From the NCBI GenBank assembly GCA_009103225.1, contig RHPI01001946.1:186001-250000 (forward strand): a DNA stretch of 64,000 nt, given 5' to 3'. This document shows positions 11,965 to 25,318 of the stretch, one piece after another (positions within the stretch are counted from its first letter, which is position 1; each line of letters begins with the position of its first letter). This stretch comes from Chlorokybus atmophyticus (lineage: Eukaryota > Plantae > Mesostigma and Chlorokybus algae). Made by a program: the position numbers and the translations under genes. The notes under the pieces are model-generated. The model worked only from the letters and a program-made list of their open reading frames with translations, searched no databases and was not told where the DNA came from.

Positions 11965-13599
11965 TCATGTCCTTGCATCCTGCTTTTTGTGCTGCTTCTT
12001 CACTTGCGTGGAGTCCACTATCAACTTTTTATCAAAGTCTGAAAATAAGTCCACTCCTGACTCAATGCACTGCAGCATAAGATCCATTCGCATGCCGGAC
12101 CCGCCACCAGCAGCACTGTCCGCCTGCACGTACCAACATAACAAGCGTGTACACGTCAAACACCCAGCATGGTTCATGAGCAAGAGTCATGTAACAGTAC
12201 TGAGTGCCTGATTGCAAGTGACGCATCCGGCCTGACCTTGCGCATGGCTTCCAGATCATCAGCAAAACCATCGACGAACCACTCCACGTACAGGTCCCTG
12301 AATGTGCGTTGCACTTCCGTTTGAGCATGTTCTTGCTCTGCCGCCAACTCATGGCCGTTGCTTGTTGTTGCTGTCGTCTCTTCATTTGCTCTCTGTGCAG
12401 AGACATACATGATCACATGCACACGCACGATCACGCTCACGCTCACGCACACATGCAGGCACAGGCACAGGCACAGGCGCAGGCGCAGGCATGCGCAATG
12501 ATAATGACAACAGCAACAACTACAACGACACCACTATATAACAATGACGACAACAGTGACGCCGACAATGATGCCAGCACAAGCAGACTGCGAGATACGA
12601 CTTACTCTCAGGTCTCTGAGGGCCCTCTTTGTTACTGCGGCAACAACTGCGTTGTGCTGAAAAAGCGCATGCCACAGCTTGAACTCGACGTACTGCTGTG
12701 GCACCGGCAGTGAAGGGTCTACCTTCAACACCTGCAACACAACAGAGAGGTCAAGACCAACATTCCCACTACAGCACTTGAGGTGAGTACACACGTTCCA
12801 CTCACGTCAAGGAAATTAGACTCGGACCCGAGCGCGTTCCACGCTCCTCCTGTCGCATGCATGCCCGCTGCATGCGCACATGCAGTACGCATGCATCAGC
12901 TATTGAACTTTGATTCTATGTCCAGGTGTGATGCATGAAAACACAAAGCCATTGCTGACTGCAATGCATTCTCTTACTGAGATTCCAACGAAGCGCTTTG
13001 TCAATCAGATTGGCTGCACGAGCGCCCAGTTGCGCACAACTGTCCAGTAGCGAAATGGAAGGTGCTTCTGAAAGCGAACCTGGGGCTTTTAGAGACAACA
13101 GAACTCAGTACATCGTCCACTGTAGTTTTCTGTTAGCCACCACGACATTCCAAGTTCGGTAGTCCACTGCAATGTAATCTCCGTGCATGACTATCTCAAG
13201 CAACGTTTCTTGAAAAATTAGCAAGACTCACCCCACTGTTCTGCCGCCAACACAATAATTTCATATGGAAAATAACTCGGCAGATATGTATGAACAACTG
13301 AGTAGTGCACGCTGATTGAACACTGCAGAATGCACGTTCAAAGTTGCACGCTGGCTGTCTGGAGCGGCGACGACAAGATAACCTTGGCAGAACAACTGTA
13401 TTCTTAAAAATAACTCAAGATCTGCTAATGTTGTGTGTATGTGACTTCTGACCACAAGCGAGTCTGAGCAACAATGCAGTCTGTTTGCATGGCCATTGAA
13501 ACACCTACCAGGAAAGTCCACGTCCAGAGCGCGGCATGCGTCACTCAGCTGCTGAACACGCTCTTTCCAGCAGTCATCCATCGCATCTGCGTGCTCCAT
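11965..13599 (-). CDS. Uncharacterised multi-exon protein with a C-terminal Rsa3-like motif
   Basis: Spliceable in-frame pieces: MEHADAMDDCWKERVQQLSDACRALDVDFP; ...VLKVDPSLPVPQQYVEFKLWHALFQHN..RALRDLR|gtaagt; RANEE...TFRDLYVEWFVDGFADDLEAMRK|gtcagg; ADSAAGGGSGMRMDLMLQCIESGVDLFSDFDKKLIV...TGA 11965. The F..lY...F.DDL..lR....L...l.sG..lF pattern recalls Pfam Rsa3. The 5' exon structure and start codon are uncertain. Confidence 0.55.
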
Positions 13600-14797
13600 A
13601 CTGTCCGCGTCCACCACCTCCTCCTTCTCCACCGCCGCCGCCGCCACCTTCCCAACGTCAACCTCGCCAACGCCGACCACCGACTATAATGTCGGCTGTT
13701 TATGGCCGACAGTCGACGCTGACTGTGTGAAGCCCTAGAAAGTAAGCAAACGCTGTAAAGCGGCACGCAGAGGACCTTCCCATAACTGCCATCGAATCTG
13801 ACGGACCATCGTATGGCTCACATGCTTTGAGACAACGCCTTGTTGAGATGAACCGTCAGATGGGCTTTGCCTTTATGGTCCAGTTTACCAAATGAAGGCA
13901 AGGCCAAACTTGCCCGGTTTGTCGCTGAAGGAAACTGACCAGACCTGGTTAGGCTCATTTAACCGGGATTACTGCTCCACGTCAGCAGTTAGGGCAGGAG
14001 GGTGGCAGTGACGCAGGCGGTGGTGGTGGAGGCGGCGGCGCAGGAGGAGGACGAGGAGGACAAGGGCGCGGCGTTGTTAGGTGCAGGGAGAGTTCCCTCT
14101 CACTGTGCCGTGGTCGGAGCTGCGTGCGTCCTTTTTGCTGCGCCCAAGCCGCCTGCGTTACTCTCCGCTGCCGCCGTCAGGATGAGGTGTTGAGGCTGCC
14201 GCTGGCTTGAGGTGAGAGTCTCGGCCTGGTCTGAGCTGGCACGGTCGGCCATGAGAGCTAGGGGTCCCACACGTGTTCTCGTGTGTGTTGTTAGCCTGCC
14301 GCGCAATGCTTGAGCTCCACGTCGTTGTCTTCGCCTGCTTTAGGTGCTTGTATATGGTTTTGATCGTCTTGCCATTATGCACCGCGGCGTCTGTTTTGAA
14401 TCTTCACAATATTTGGATGTTCCTACTGATTAAGGATGAGCCTTGTGGCAGTAGTGCTTTACAAATTTGCCGCTTAGCGAATTCTGTGCTCATTGTATCT
14501 GGTGATACCATGTCGATACAAGTATACATTCCTGAGAATTGATTACCTGTTGACGGTGTTGTCACTTGGCTTGCCATTGCATCGCCTCATTGTGTATACA
14601 CTTGTTTCATACCTCTTTACGTGCATGTGTCACTTATGGATAACCGTTCTTATATGTTGTACTTGTGCGCAAGCTTCGTTGTCTTGAATGTTTCTGTCGT
14701 TCCGCGTCATTGCATGAGCATAAACTATCAGCCCTGAGTGATGGTGGTTGGTAGCAATTCATCATGCTTTGTGTTATCAGCAACCAAGCTTGCCGTA

Positions 14798-16956
14798 ATG
14801 GCTTCATCAATGAGAGACTGGGCGGAAGCACCGGCATTTGCAGCAGCGGCCAATGCCGTCGCACAGTTCCCCCGCTTCCCCCCGCAGCCCTTCCCGCCAG
14901 CTTCTTCCTACACAACTTCATCGACTCGCGCAGAAATGGATGACGAATGGGCCAGCACGTCAGATGATGAGGACCAGGTAGACCAGGAAGCGAGTCTGAT
15001 GCTCTTTGTTAACACTTGACATCTGTCTACGCTGGGCCAGGGGTTGATTGCTCACGTGCACATTAACTAGTTGCAATTGATTGCATTCCCTATATAGTAC
15101 GATGTTGTTTTGTACTCGCTGTCTTGTTTAATATGTTTCTTTTCTGTTGCCATGTGCTTGGACAGATGGATGAAGATGGAGGTGACACCAATGCAGCTCA
15201 AGCTTTGAAGGGCAAAGACATTCAGGGCATCCCTTGGAATCAGCTGCAGTGGAGTAGGGAACGGTACCGCCATACGCGGCTACAACAGTACAAGAACTAC
15301 GAGAACCTCAATTTCCCGCACACCCAACTGGATAAGGTAACCTTTGCGTCAGCGCTGATATGTTAGCTGACATACACTTGCAAGTTGACGGCTCAGCCGT
15401 GGCTTATGGATGATGGTTTTATGTCTTGCTTACAGGTTTGGTGCTGAGAGATATCTGATTGTGCTGTTGCAGGAATGTAAACAAGTACGCAAGACTGGCA
15501 GGTTTTTTGACTTTAGGTACAACACGCGCGCTGTAAAGTGCACGATAGTGCACTTCCAGCTCCGCAATCTAGTATGGGCGACATCGAAGCACGATGTTTA
15601 TGTCATGCACCACTGCGCAATCAACCACTGGTCGCCAGTGCGCAACAAAGCCACTGAAGTTCTCAACCTTGGTGGCGGGCCACATGGGGTTAGCCGTGTA
15701 CAGGTACTTTGCGTACAAGTGCGGTGCTTGCTACCAGTTATGTAAGCCGCACACACCTGTGGGCAACTTGCGAGTGTAAAATCAGCAACCAGGCTTGCAT
15801 CCATGACTGCAGATCAGCACAATGGCCGCTCAAGACAACCTCATTGTGGCTGGCGGGTTCAATGGGGAGATGGTGTGCAAGAATGTTGACCAGCCTGGGC
15901 TATCGTACAATGCTCGCATCACCCACGATGAGAACGCCATCACCAACGCAGTCGAGCTGTTTGAGACCGCTTCCGGCGCGAAGCGCATCATGACCAGCAA
16001 CAACGACTCCATAGTGCGCGTGTTCGACACTGAGACTTTTGTCACAACAAGGTGCCAGTGTAACTCTGTTCCTCTTTCATGGGATGGATAAATGATGACA
16101 CGTTGTGTTTTCAATTGTGTCGAAATTTACGGGCTTCACCGACAATGCATGCGTGTGTGGCACAGCCGTTTCTACTACCCGTGGGCAGTCAACCACACGA
16201 CTGTCAGTCCGGACAAGAAGCTTGTGTGCGTGGTTGGTGATGACCCTGAAGGCTTTTTGGCAGACAGCCAAAGTGGCAAGCCGGTTGCCAGTCTGAAGGG
16301 CCATTTGGACTACTCTTTTGCATCCGCTTGGCACCCAGACGGGCGCATATTTGCCACTGGTAACACATTGACTGTCTTTACTGCCACTCTTGCTTGTGTG
16401 TTGTTACATACAAGGATCAGGCTATTCTCGTTAGCATACCATCCGTCATAGCACATATGCACTTGCGTATGAGTTCAGGCGGTTCATGAGACGCGGATGT
16501 TGGAATGCAGGCAATCAGGACACCACGTGTAGGCTATGGGACATCCGATACTTGGCATCCTCAATGGGCCTCCTTCGCGGGCGCATTGGGGCCATCCGGT
16601 CTCTGCGTTTCAGCAACGACGGCCAGTTCCTTGCAATGGCAGAGCCTGCAGACTTTGTGCACTTACTGGACTCACGTCAGGTAGGTCACTGGATAAGTCG
16701 CGGCAGCGTGTACGCAAGCTTGCACTTGCCTCATTCACACAATACCAAGACCTTTGTGTAGTGTTGATCTGATGTAATCTTGTGGGGTCAGGACTACACT
16801 CGCGGCCAAGAGATTGACCTGTTCGGTGAAGTTGCGGGCATCTCGTTCAGCCCAGACTCGGAGGCTTTCTACATTGGTGTTGCAGACCGCACTTATGGCA
16901 GCCTTTTGGAGTTCAACCGCCACCGCGCAAGGAACTACCTGACGGCTGTTGTTTGA
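14798..16956 (+). CDS. WD40-repeat protein of the plant/fungal DUF2415 (C2A9.03-like) family
   Basis: Exons encode GKDIQGIPW...RERYRHTRLQQYKNYEN; FFDFRYNTRAVKCTIVHFQLRNLVWATSKHDVY; NLIVAGGFNGEMVCK; WAVNHTTVSPD; GHLDYSFASAWHPDG; GNQDTTCRLWDIR; QEIDLFGEVAGISFSPD..FYIGVADRTYGSLLEFNR; stop TGA 16954-16956. Confidence 0.9.
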
Positions 16957-17288
16957 CCAACCGGCGGTACACAGTATGCACACCAGTGAACTGAACAGCT
17001 TCTGTGGAGTTGTTGTGGTGTGTTTTTGACTGGGTTCTGTTTATTCGAGCAGCCAAGCTGGTCGGTAGGTGTTGGTTAGTTGTGCCTGTCATACACAGGC
17101 CATCCTGTTGGCCGCATGTACAAAAGTCAATGTAATTTTTGCAACACGTAGTTTAAGCTGGCACTGTCCTGGTGGTTTTATACTGTCCAGCAGTTGCAAG
17201 GCGACATGCACTGATGTGGTTGGCATGCTGCGGGATTTCCAGATTGGTTACCTGAGCGTTGATGCAGTTCAATTTTCTTATACAAAAA

Positions 17289-17319
<31 letters not shown>
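17289..17319. repeat. (TA)n microsatellite
   Basis: Direct reading of the sequence. Confidence 0.95.
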
Positions 17320-17469
17320 ATAGAAAACTTGTCTACAGCGTTTCCAGCAGCCTTAATGCCAGCCCTTCGTAGGGCTGCGTGGGCGGCCCATTCTGCCTGT
17401 CTGCTTGATCTGGCTTCACACCATCAATGCATTGGCGCTGGTAGCAGCGCTGGTAGCAGTACTGGTAGC

Positions 17470-18030
17470 CTGGTTAATGAATGTGGAGCGGCGCTGACAC
17501 TCAAAGGCACGCACTTGCTGCCAATGGCGCCATGTGCGTGTTGCCACACATGATGCGGTGCAAGACGAGGTGTTGCCAGCATGCGCGAGGCCGGGTTGTT
17601 GTTGTTAGAACGGTTGGGGTTCATACCAGTGCGCTTTGGAGGAGACGCGTGGTCCACGCCTGGACCTGGTGGTCACAGAGCCGGCCCTGCATCAACGGTT
17701 GCCCCAGCCCGCTATGGGCGCGGGTGACAAACAGAGCTGGCGACGCACCGCATATACGGCAATTACATGTAGGTGTGTTGTGGTTGGAGCTGCATGGTCA
17801 GAGGAGTTTCGCCAGGTGTTGGAGCTTCCGTGCCAGGCGCATGGTGGCAGCGTGCGGAGCAGCGGCGCGTGGGTGGCTTCATGTGAGTCTGCCAGCTGCG
17901 TGGCATGCGCGCTGCAGCAGGCGCAGGCACATTGGTCAACGATGGAGCACGGTGCTGCAGCGGTGGCGGCCATGCGGGGCTGGGTGCTAGTACTACCGGG
18001 ATCTCCCAACGATCGAGGTAGACGCGACGC
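17470..18030 (+). mobile_element. Degenerate 3' end of an RLE-type (CRE/R2-like) non-LTR retrotransposon, copy 1
   Basis: Frameshifted translation ECGAALTLKGTHLL..ATHDAVQDEV..MREAGL....EETRGPRLDLVVTEP....CVACALQQAQ..MEHGAAAVAAMRGW: zinc-knuckle remnant, PD-(D/E)xK-like endonuclease and C-terminal ALQ motif. Confidence 0.7.
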
Positions 18031-18379
18031 TGTGCATATGCAAAGCATACCAACTCATATCGATTACATGCAAAGACCGTGTGCTTGGGAGTGGCGAGGG
18101 CGGCGTGTGGCGACCATGTCAGTGTTAAGAGCGGATGTGACGAGTTGAGTGGGCTGGCATGGCAATGTTGATGAAGTCAAATTGTGGTGTGACGTTAGAG
18201 ATTGTTGCATATGCCATGTACATTTGTTCATGCAGTGTGAACCGTCAATAGTGATGAGATCGTAAGTTGGCCATGCTGCACGCATGGCATCACTTTATAC
18301 ATGCTGACTTGCGGACCATGTACATGTGGATGTGCACATACAGTAGTGGTTACCAGGCACTAGAACAAGTTATGGAAGC

Positions 18380-19079
18380 ATGGCCTGTGGCGGGCAACGC
18401 TTTCACTTTTGGGGCTGCCGCATCCCATGCTCGCGGGTGTCACGCGCTGCACATGCGGCGTCGCTGACGCTGACCACGGATGGGGCCCACTTGCTGCGCT
18501 GCTCGGTCGGTAGAGGTCGCACAGCGACGCATGATGCCCTGCGTGACGAAATGTTCGTCATCCTCCACGAGGCGGGCTTGGTTGTGAGCAGGGAGCAGAG
18601 TGGCTGCATGCCAATCAGGGAGGGCGAGACACGTGGCCGTCGAGTTGACCTGGTCGCGTCGGAGCCAGGGAGGGACCATCGCTGGCTCCTGGACGTCGCC
18701 ATTACCGCATGCAGGCCCAGGGCTGGCGGCGAGAGAGGGCAGAGAGTTGGGGAAGCGGAGGAAGTATAGGGATCATCCGCCGGCGGACGAGTTCTTTCCT
18801 GGCGGCGGAGACACACGGCACGTTCGGTGACGCCTTCAACACGGTCATTAACAGGTGCGCGCGTCATGCAGTCTACGGGCGAGGCTGGCCGCTGGTGCAA
18901 CTGGGTGGGTACATAGCCCCCTCTTCAGGCAGCGTGTGGCATGCGCGCTGCAACGGGCGCAAGGGATGGCCCTGCTCGAGAGGGGGGCGGCGGCGGTGGC
19001 GGTGGCGCCGGGCTGGAGCCCCCTGCAGGCGGTGCGTCCTACGGCGGAGGCGGACGCGACGATCGCTGGAGCAATGTAG
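18380..19079 (+). mobile_element. Degenerate 3' end of an RLE-type (CRE/R2-like) non-LTR retrotransposon, copy 2
   Basis: LTLTTDGAHLLRCSVGRGRTATHDALRDEMFVILHEAGLVVSREQSG..ETRGRRVDLVASEP..WLLDVAIT, then KYRDHPPADEFFP.AAETHGTFG and FRQRVACALQRAQGMALLER, with frameshifts between blocks. Confidence 0.8.
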
Positions 19080-21193
19080 GCAACCACTGCACGTAGCCTG
19101 CTTGTAGGTGGTTTGTGTGGTGATGATGTTGGTGTAGGCATGGACACCGTGTATGTGTTGTGACTGTACTGGTTGATGTGATAGTGTTTGATGATTTTAC
19201 TCTTGGCACCTATTGTGTCAGCAAGCATCCATGTCGCAGGAGTCTTAAGTCTCGCAGCCTCTTCTTTGCGAGGTACCAGCCCGTGCTTAACTCCTGCTGC
19301 TGCTGTCTTCGTCTCATACTGCACATAGAACCCAGCCCCCTAGCCAGGTTGCTTGTGCTTGCAAGGTTGCTTGCGCTTGCGACTTGTAACTGCTGGTGTC
19401 TTGCTTGTTTGCTAGTTCTGGCCCCTTTATGTCACTACACTACACTATGTAGGTACCCATGTCTCAAGGGGGAGTATACATGTCCTCTGCAGGGTGATGA
19501 CTCTTGCCATGCTGCTCTGGATACTTGCATGTCCTGCTTGAGGGTGTAGCCTAGACAGTAAGTTATCGTCTAGGTGGTGGTCTACGCTGTCAGAATGTGG
19601 GCCAGGTTGTCCAAGTTGTCAAGCTCTGTTCCCCGACCAATCTACCATCTTATACGTTAGTGTATGCATGTCCTGCCTTGTTTGTTGCTTGTGTGAAAGT
19701 GCAATGTGACCGTGCATTGCACCGCGTTCCTTCAACCCGGTTAAGCTTAAGTTAAGCGTGTTTTTAAGCAGCTCTTATAAGAGCTATGTGATAATTAGGG
19801 TAAACTTATATCATACTTTCATGACCAGGGTCAAGTTACCATCTCTTTGATGTGTATGATGGTGATTGCATTAATCAGTGGAACTCATAGCGGTAACCAA
19901 TTGTGGTTGAAGCGTATCTTTAAGCATTGCATATGCTGCACTCAATCTTGTGTTTGCTTGCTTATTTGCTTGCTGGTGCACGGTTACCTATACTATACTT
20001 CAGAGTTTGCTACATGCAACTCTTGTGTGTTATGTAGTCTTACAGTTAAAATGTGGATTCGCTCATTACCGCCGGTTTCGACTTTAGCTCACGACGCGGT
20101 ACGATTGTTGCAGCAGCATATGAGCTATCCAAGTATGTCACATGCTAATCACACGCACACACTTAACACCCTCACGCACAACAGCAATGGAAAAAATACA
20201 GGGTTAGCACTAGCTACATGCCGTAGCTAAGTGAGTGCAAAGAGTGAAGGTGATATAAGGATGTGTTTATGGTTGCTGCCATCAATGTCATTTATGAGCC
20301 AAAGGCAACTGTAGAGGACAATACGCATGCGGCCGGTTGCTTGTCTGCTAATGCTTTGCCCTCAAGCCTTGCCCTCACACCGTCTATAACACTGCGCTGA
20401 ACAATTGATCATGAAAACATTACTCCTCCTCTCATGGTAGCGGCTTTTGCTACTCTAAAAATATCGTTGTTAGCGGCGACGGCGCATACCGGACAGAATC
20501 TCCCGCAACAGCAACATCTTTCAAGTAGCGCTACGCAGCTGGTTTGCCGCACCCATTGATGACGAGGGTGTCGAAATGCGTGTGTAGGGCGTCACAACTT
20601 GTCCAATCGTTGAACGATTGGAGGGCACCCACCTGCTCCGCTACAGTATCGGCCATACACGTGGTGGTGCGTGATGAGGTTGTTTGCCTTGGAATATTAA
20701 TAACGAAGGCTAGCTTCACCTGATATCATATGGTTACACAGCTTACGGTAAAGGCGTCATGCCTTGGATTGTTGCTTATGCGCGCGGAACGGTGGCAAGA
20801 AAGACGCCCTGACTAGGCGGCATTGAAACCGAGCTGCGGCACAAAGCAGCTGTTGAACGTTGAACGTTGAACATTATCGTCGGTACGTGTCGAGATTGTG
20901 CGTGCATAGCAGTGTGGGTGGCCAAGGCAATAAAACGATGCAAGTACGGTAACCACCCACCGGGGGACATAATCTACCCGTTGGCAATATGGTTGCATGG
21001 CAAGCTAGGAGAGGACCTTCAGCACGTCAGTGCGCCTATACGCGCGCCACATCACAAGATGGCGCAAGGAGAGGAGCAGCGGCGATGCCAGGCTTGGTCA
21101 TGGTGACTTGGCCCCCCAACAACGGAGGCTTTGCGTAGTGGGGGTTGATAGGTATGGACGAACGCCGCTGTGGCCTGGCATGGTGTTGATTTA

Positions 21194-21205
21194 AGAGAGA
21201 GAGAG

Positions 21206-21252
<47 letters not shown>
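21194..21252. repeat. (GA)n microsatellite
   Basis: Direct reading of the sequence; one interruption (TTA) at ~21206. Confidence 0.95.
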
Positions 21253-21255
<3 letters not shown>

Positions 21256-21915
21256 GATGCAACACTTGCGCAATTGGGTACTGACTATGACTACGTAGGT
21301 GCTGGCAATGATGATATGCTATGGGTGTCTTTGGCGGCAAATGGACACATGCTGAGTGCCTGAATATCGAGGTTGTCAAGTTGTGAGCAGCTGGGTTCAC
21401 CTACTGCCTTCCTAGCACTACCAATAGTTATCAATAATCGACCTCAAGTATAACGCAGCTGTAAGCTGTTGGATCACCCAGCAGATTATGTGTGGGGCCT
21501 ATCGACCATTTTTGCAAGCTTGCAATGCCCTGTGTTGTTTAGGTCAACTATTTTGCATTGCTTGGATGCCCAACATGCAAAGAACACAGCACTCCAATCA
21601 ACAGCAGCGCGAGTGCTGACGGTCAGCAATTGGCGATATCATCTACTTATGGACCACTTGTGCATTGACAGCAACACCTCTGACTGCCTGCAGCACTGGC
21701 ATATGCTGCAGCATGTCGCACCGCACTGCGATCAGCTTTCCCCGGCCCTGCACACAGCACATGCAACAACTCGTACCTCAACGCATAATGCTGCGTGGCT
21801 GCTTACTATCTGACCAGCCAATGGTGCAGGCAGATAAGCACGGCAAACAGCTTCTTGTATACAAAAATGTGGTCTGTATCAGTGATTGCGCAACTCATCA
21901 TACGACTGCTTCCGA

Positions 21916-23934
21916 CTACAAGGCCGCCTGTTTTGTTGCGTCAATGGCTTGAAGAACGCTCTCTGTCCACCTGCAATCAACACAACAGTTCACACATAAA
22001 TAGTCTCTTGCCCAAATGACTACTTGCGCCACGCCACATCAAGCTTGCCATACCCTTCAATGCCGGGGTTTTGCGGATGGAAGACCAGCTCCAAACCAGC
22101 ATTGCGGGCCGCCTTGGCTGAAGTAGAACCTATACACGCCGCTGCCACTTGCTTGTCCTTGCCAAGCAGCTCAATCCATGCCCTGTAAGTATACCAACGG
22201 TCAGCACAATCCCCAGGTCTTTACGTAGAACATGCGACAACAAGAGCCTTTGACCATTTTACCGTACAGCAGTTGGCGAGCCAAATGCTGCGACTGGTGC
22301 GGAGGCAGCAGCTGTCTTTAAGCTTGCATCGATGTGTGACACACTTCGCTGCAGGCCAAATAATCGTCAAGTTGCCAAGAGGCCTATCTTATGTCACTTC
22401 ACTCTAGCACTGTCACGTATGTCCATGCGCACAAAATTTGTGTGGGCTCTTCTAGCTTTCTTACCGTATTGTATGTGTTAAGCCTGGTTATATGGAACCC
22501 TCTTGCCTTCAACCCCGCCTCTGTTACAGAATCACTGATTGTCAGCTAGCACCAGTGTCTGTTCAGTCAAGCACTGCGTTACCAAGGCAATCCTTCAATT
22601 GTAATGGCAACCATTCTTCGTTGCACGTTGCAACAAAAAGACAAGTTATCCCGTTACACTTACCGATATCACTGCCAGCCTTTGCCGAAGACGGGTACAA
22701 CACCCGCATGTTACCCTCAGTAGGCAACTCCCGTGCCAAATCAACCCCAAGTGCTGCGAGCAATTGTCACAATACAACATGAGGTGTGCAACTTCAGCAA
22801 CAACAGGTGCAAGACCAACATTGCACACATACCTTTGGATGGTGTAAACTGCGGCTCCAGCTGGGGAAACCCTGCCTGTTTCAACACCCTGCCTGTGCCT
22901 TCACCAACAACTGCCGTCCTCACGTTCGGCTGCCCAGCCTCCCTTGACAACTGTAGCAGTTAGTTAAAGGGCCAGAAACCAGCCAAGGTTTGCCAAGTTA
23001 CACTTCTTGTTGTTCGCAAAGCAACGCACAAACAACGATTTAGACTCGACTGCATGACTGGAGCAACAATGGAGTGAGTGATTGAGTGAATGATGTAACA
23101 ATGAGGTGCTGCATCTGCCTACCTCCAGCCTTCCAGGAACACCAGCACAGCCTCAGGTGAAGTCAACACGACCCACGCCCATTCTTCTGTGGTTCGCATG
23201 GCGCCTTAGCTGATGGACACAACATACAACAAAAATCCAGTAGCACTTGACACACATGCGGGCATGCACAACAGCGCACCTTGCAATGCAGCAGGCAGCT
23301 TGTCACGGTCTTCACCACGGCCATGCTCAATAAGAGGCATCTCCAAACACTGCAGCCCGTGAATAGACTGCGCGGTGAACAAATATAAGACCATGAAATC
23401 CATACATGGAAACACATTGGTGCCACAAGCGCAACTCAATAAACCCAACAATGTGTGAGATATGTGCGCGCATGCGCGTATGCGCAAGTGCAAATGCAAA
23501 CACGCAGCTACATAGGAACGACCATGCGAGGCGGACATGCAGCAACATCTGCAGGTAGTGAGCAGTCTGACCTATGCACGTATGTTGGCAAGGGACAGGC
23601 ATCCTAGCATGCACGCAAGTGCACAGCAGCTTACCAATGCATCCATGAGAGCCTGATTCTTGCCCTTCTCTCTGGTGAGCACGACGTCGTAGGAACTGGC
23701 GGCGGCCACTGCACAAACGGCATTTCTAGCAGGCGACATCCCCAACGACATCGACGACAATGACCACCTCTGCTCCCTCCTCTGCAATCCTAACCCTGAT
23801 TTCCGGTGCACGACCGCAATGTGCCTTCCCGCGAGTTCTCGCCAGCCAACGCAAGCACTCGCCTGTCGGCATGGAGAGGTAGCTGGTGTGGTTGCGGGCG
23901 CCACCGCCACCGCCGCCGCCATCGCCGCCACCAT
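21916..23934 (-). CDS. UROS/HEMD: Uroporphyrinogen-III synthase, plastid-targeted, multi-exon
   Basis: Ala/Ser-rich transit-like N-terminus, then DVVLTREKGKNQALMDAL; LEMPLIEHGRGEDRDKLPAAL; AVVGEGTGRVL..FTPSK; LARELP..RVLYPSSAKAGSDI; GLKARGFHITRLNTYNT; APVAAFGSPTAVR; AWIELL..AACIGSTSAKAA..GL..VFHPQNPGIEG|WTESVLQAI..TAG at 21916-21918. All are collinear with plant UROS. Confidence 0.93.
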
Positions 23935-25318
23935 TGCGGCGTCTTATTGCACATGCACCGCGTGGCGCTTTGGAACGTTGTGGGCGCACTCATATGATTG
24001 GCGCAGACGTGCAAGTAACGCATGCGGGGAATGGCATTTGACTGTCGATCCAGACTCTGGTGTTGAACTTGGTGAAGGAGTGAAGAAGTTGCACGCTTTA
24101 TACGAGGGTTAAATTACAAAAGGCTTGGTATGTGCATTGGTAGGCAGATTTTCTGAATGACATTAACAAGTTGTGTCCATGTATAAAAGTTGAGGTTATT
24201 CAAGAACGTTCATATACTTAATAAAATATAATACATTGCGCGCATTCAAATGCATGGCTTCATGCATGTGAGTATCTTCTGTACTACTTACTAGCACCCC
24301 ATGTAGTCCCAAGAGACAATTATCACATCATGACTATATACTATACGAATACGTGATCACGTTCTTGTATAGTAAGTACAATGCATGTGACTCGTACGGC
24401 ATCCATTCATGAACGCATCAGATGCATTGTAAGCAGTCCACTTATAAGTACACTAGCAGCGCATACCATCGACATTGAGAAGGAGGTTGCTTGCCAATAC
24501 GCAGTAGTGGTAGACTTAGAGGTAGTTAGCAGGCAGCATGTAGCCCTTACCCCGGTGGTCAATATGGTGAGTGTTAATGGTGTTCGTTGAATTGCATGTG
24601 CACGTAAGTTGGCATGTTATGCATTCCCTCTTGCATCTTTTGGACACTAACCACAGCCGCGGTGCTGGTGACTAAGTCTGCCAATTGCATGCATGACTAT
24701 AGGGTGGGGTAATTGTAGTGATAGAGTAGGTAGAGAAAAGGCAACGAGAGCGTGGTTTAGCTCGGTGGTCATGTAACGGTTGCGTGTGTCCGATAGCCAT
24801 GCATGTCACGTATGCTGTGTGAGGCGCTAGCTGGTGGCATGCTATGTCATGTATGCTATATGTGGCGTTGCGTTGCACGCGGCCAATAACCTCAACGTTC
24901 TTTTGTATACACGCACACTAGGTTAGCTGCAGTGCCGTGGCGTGTTGCATGTACACTGCATGCATGTGCGCGTGCATGTTGCAACCGCCACGGTGTGCAA
25001 ATGTACAATACGGGTGCATGTGCACTACATCTTGCATATGCAAACATGCTGTAACAATTCATCATGTGTGGTCACTGTTCTTATCAAAAGTACCTGCAAT
25101 TTATGACGCATTCAATCCATCACAGATACAGGGATATACAGTTTGACCAAACAGGTTGTCAGAGCAACAGCGCTTGGAGGGGCCTTGACTACTAGCCCGC
25201 AGTACCGGAGTGTGCAGACAGCCTATCTGTCGGACAGCCTGCCTACACGCACCCACGCACCCACGCGCATGCATACACACATATCTACAATTTCATGTAC
25301 ACGCACGGAGAGAGAGAG

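Noticed and set aside
14002-14306. GC-rich ORFs on both strands upstream of the WD40 gene
   Set aside because: Low-complexity GGC/GAG sequence typical of 5' UTRs here; no recognisable domain.
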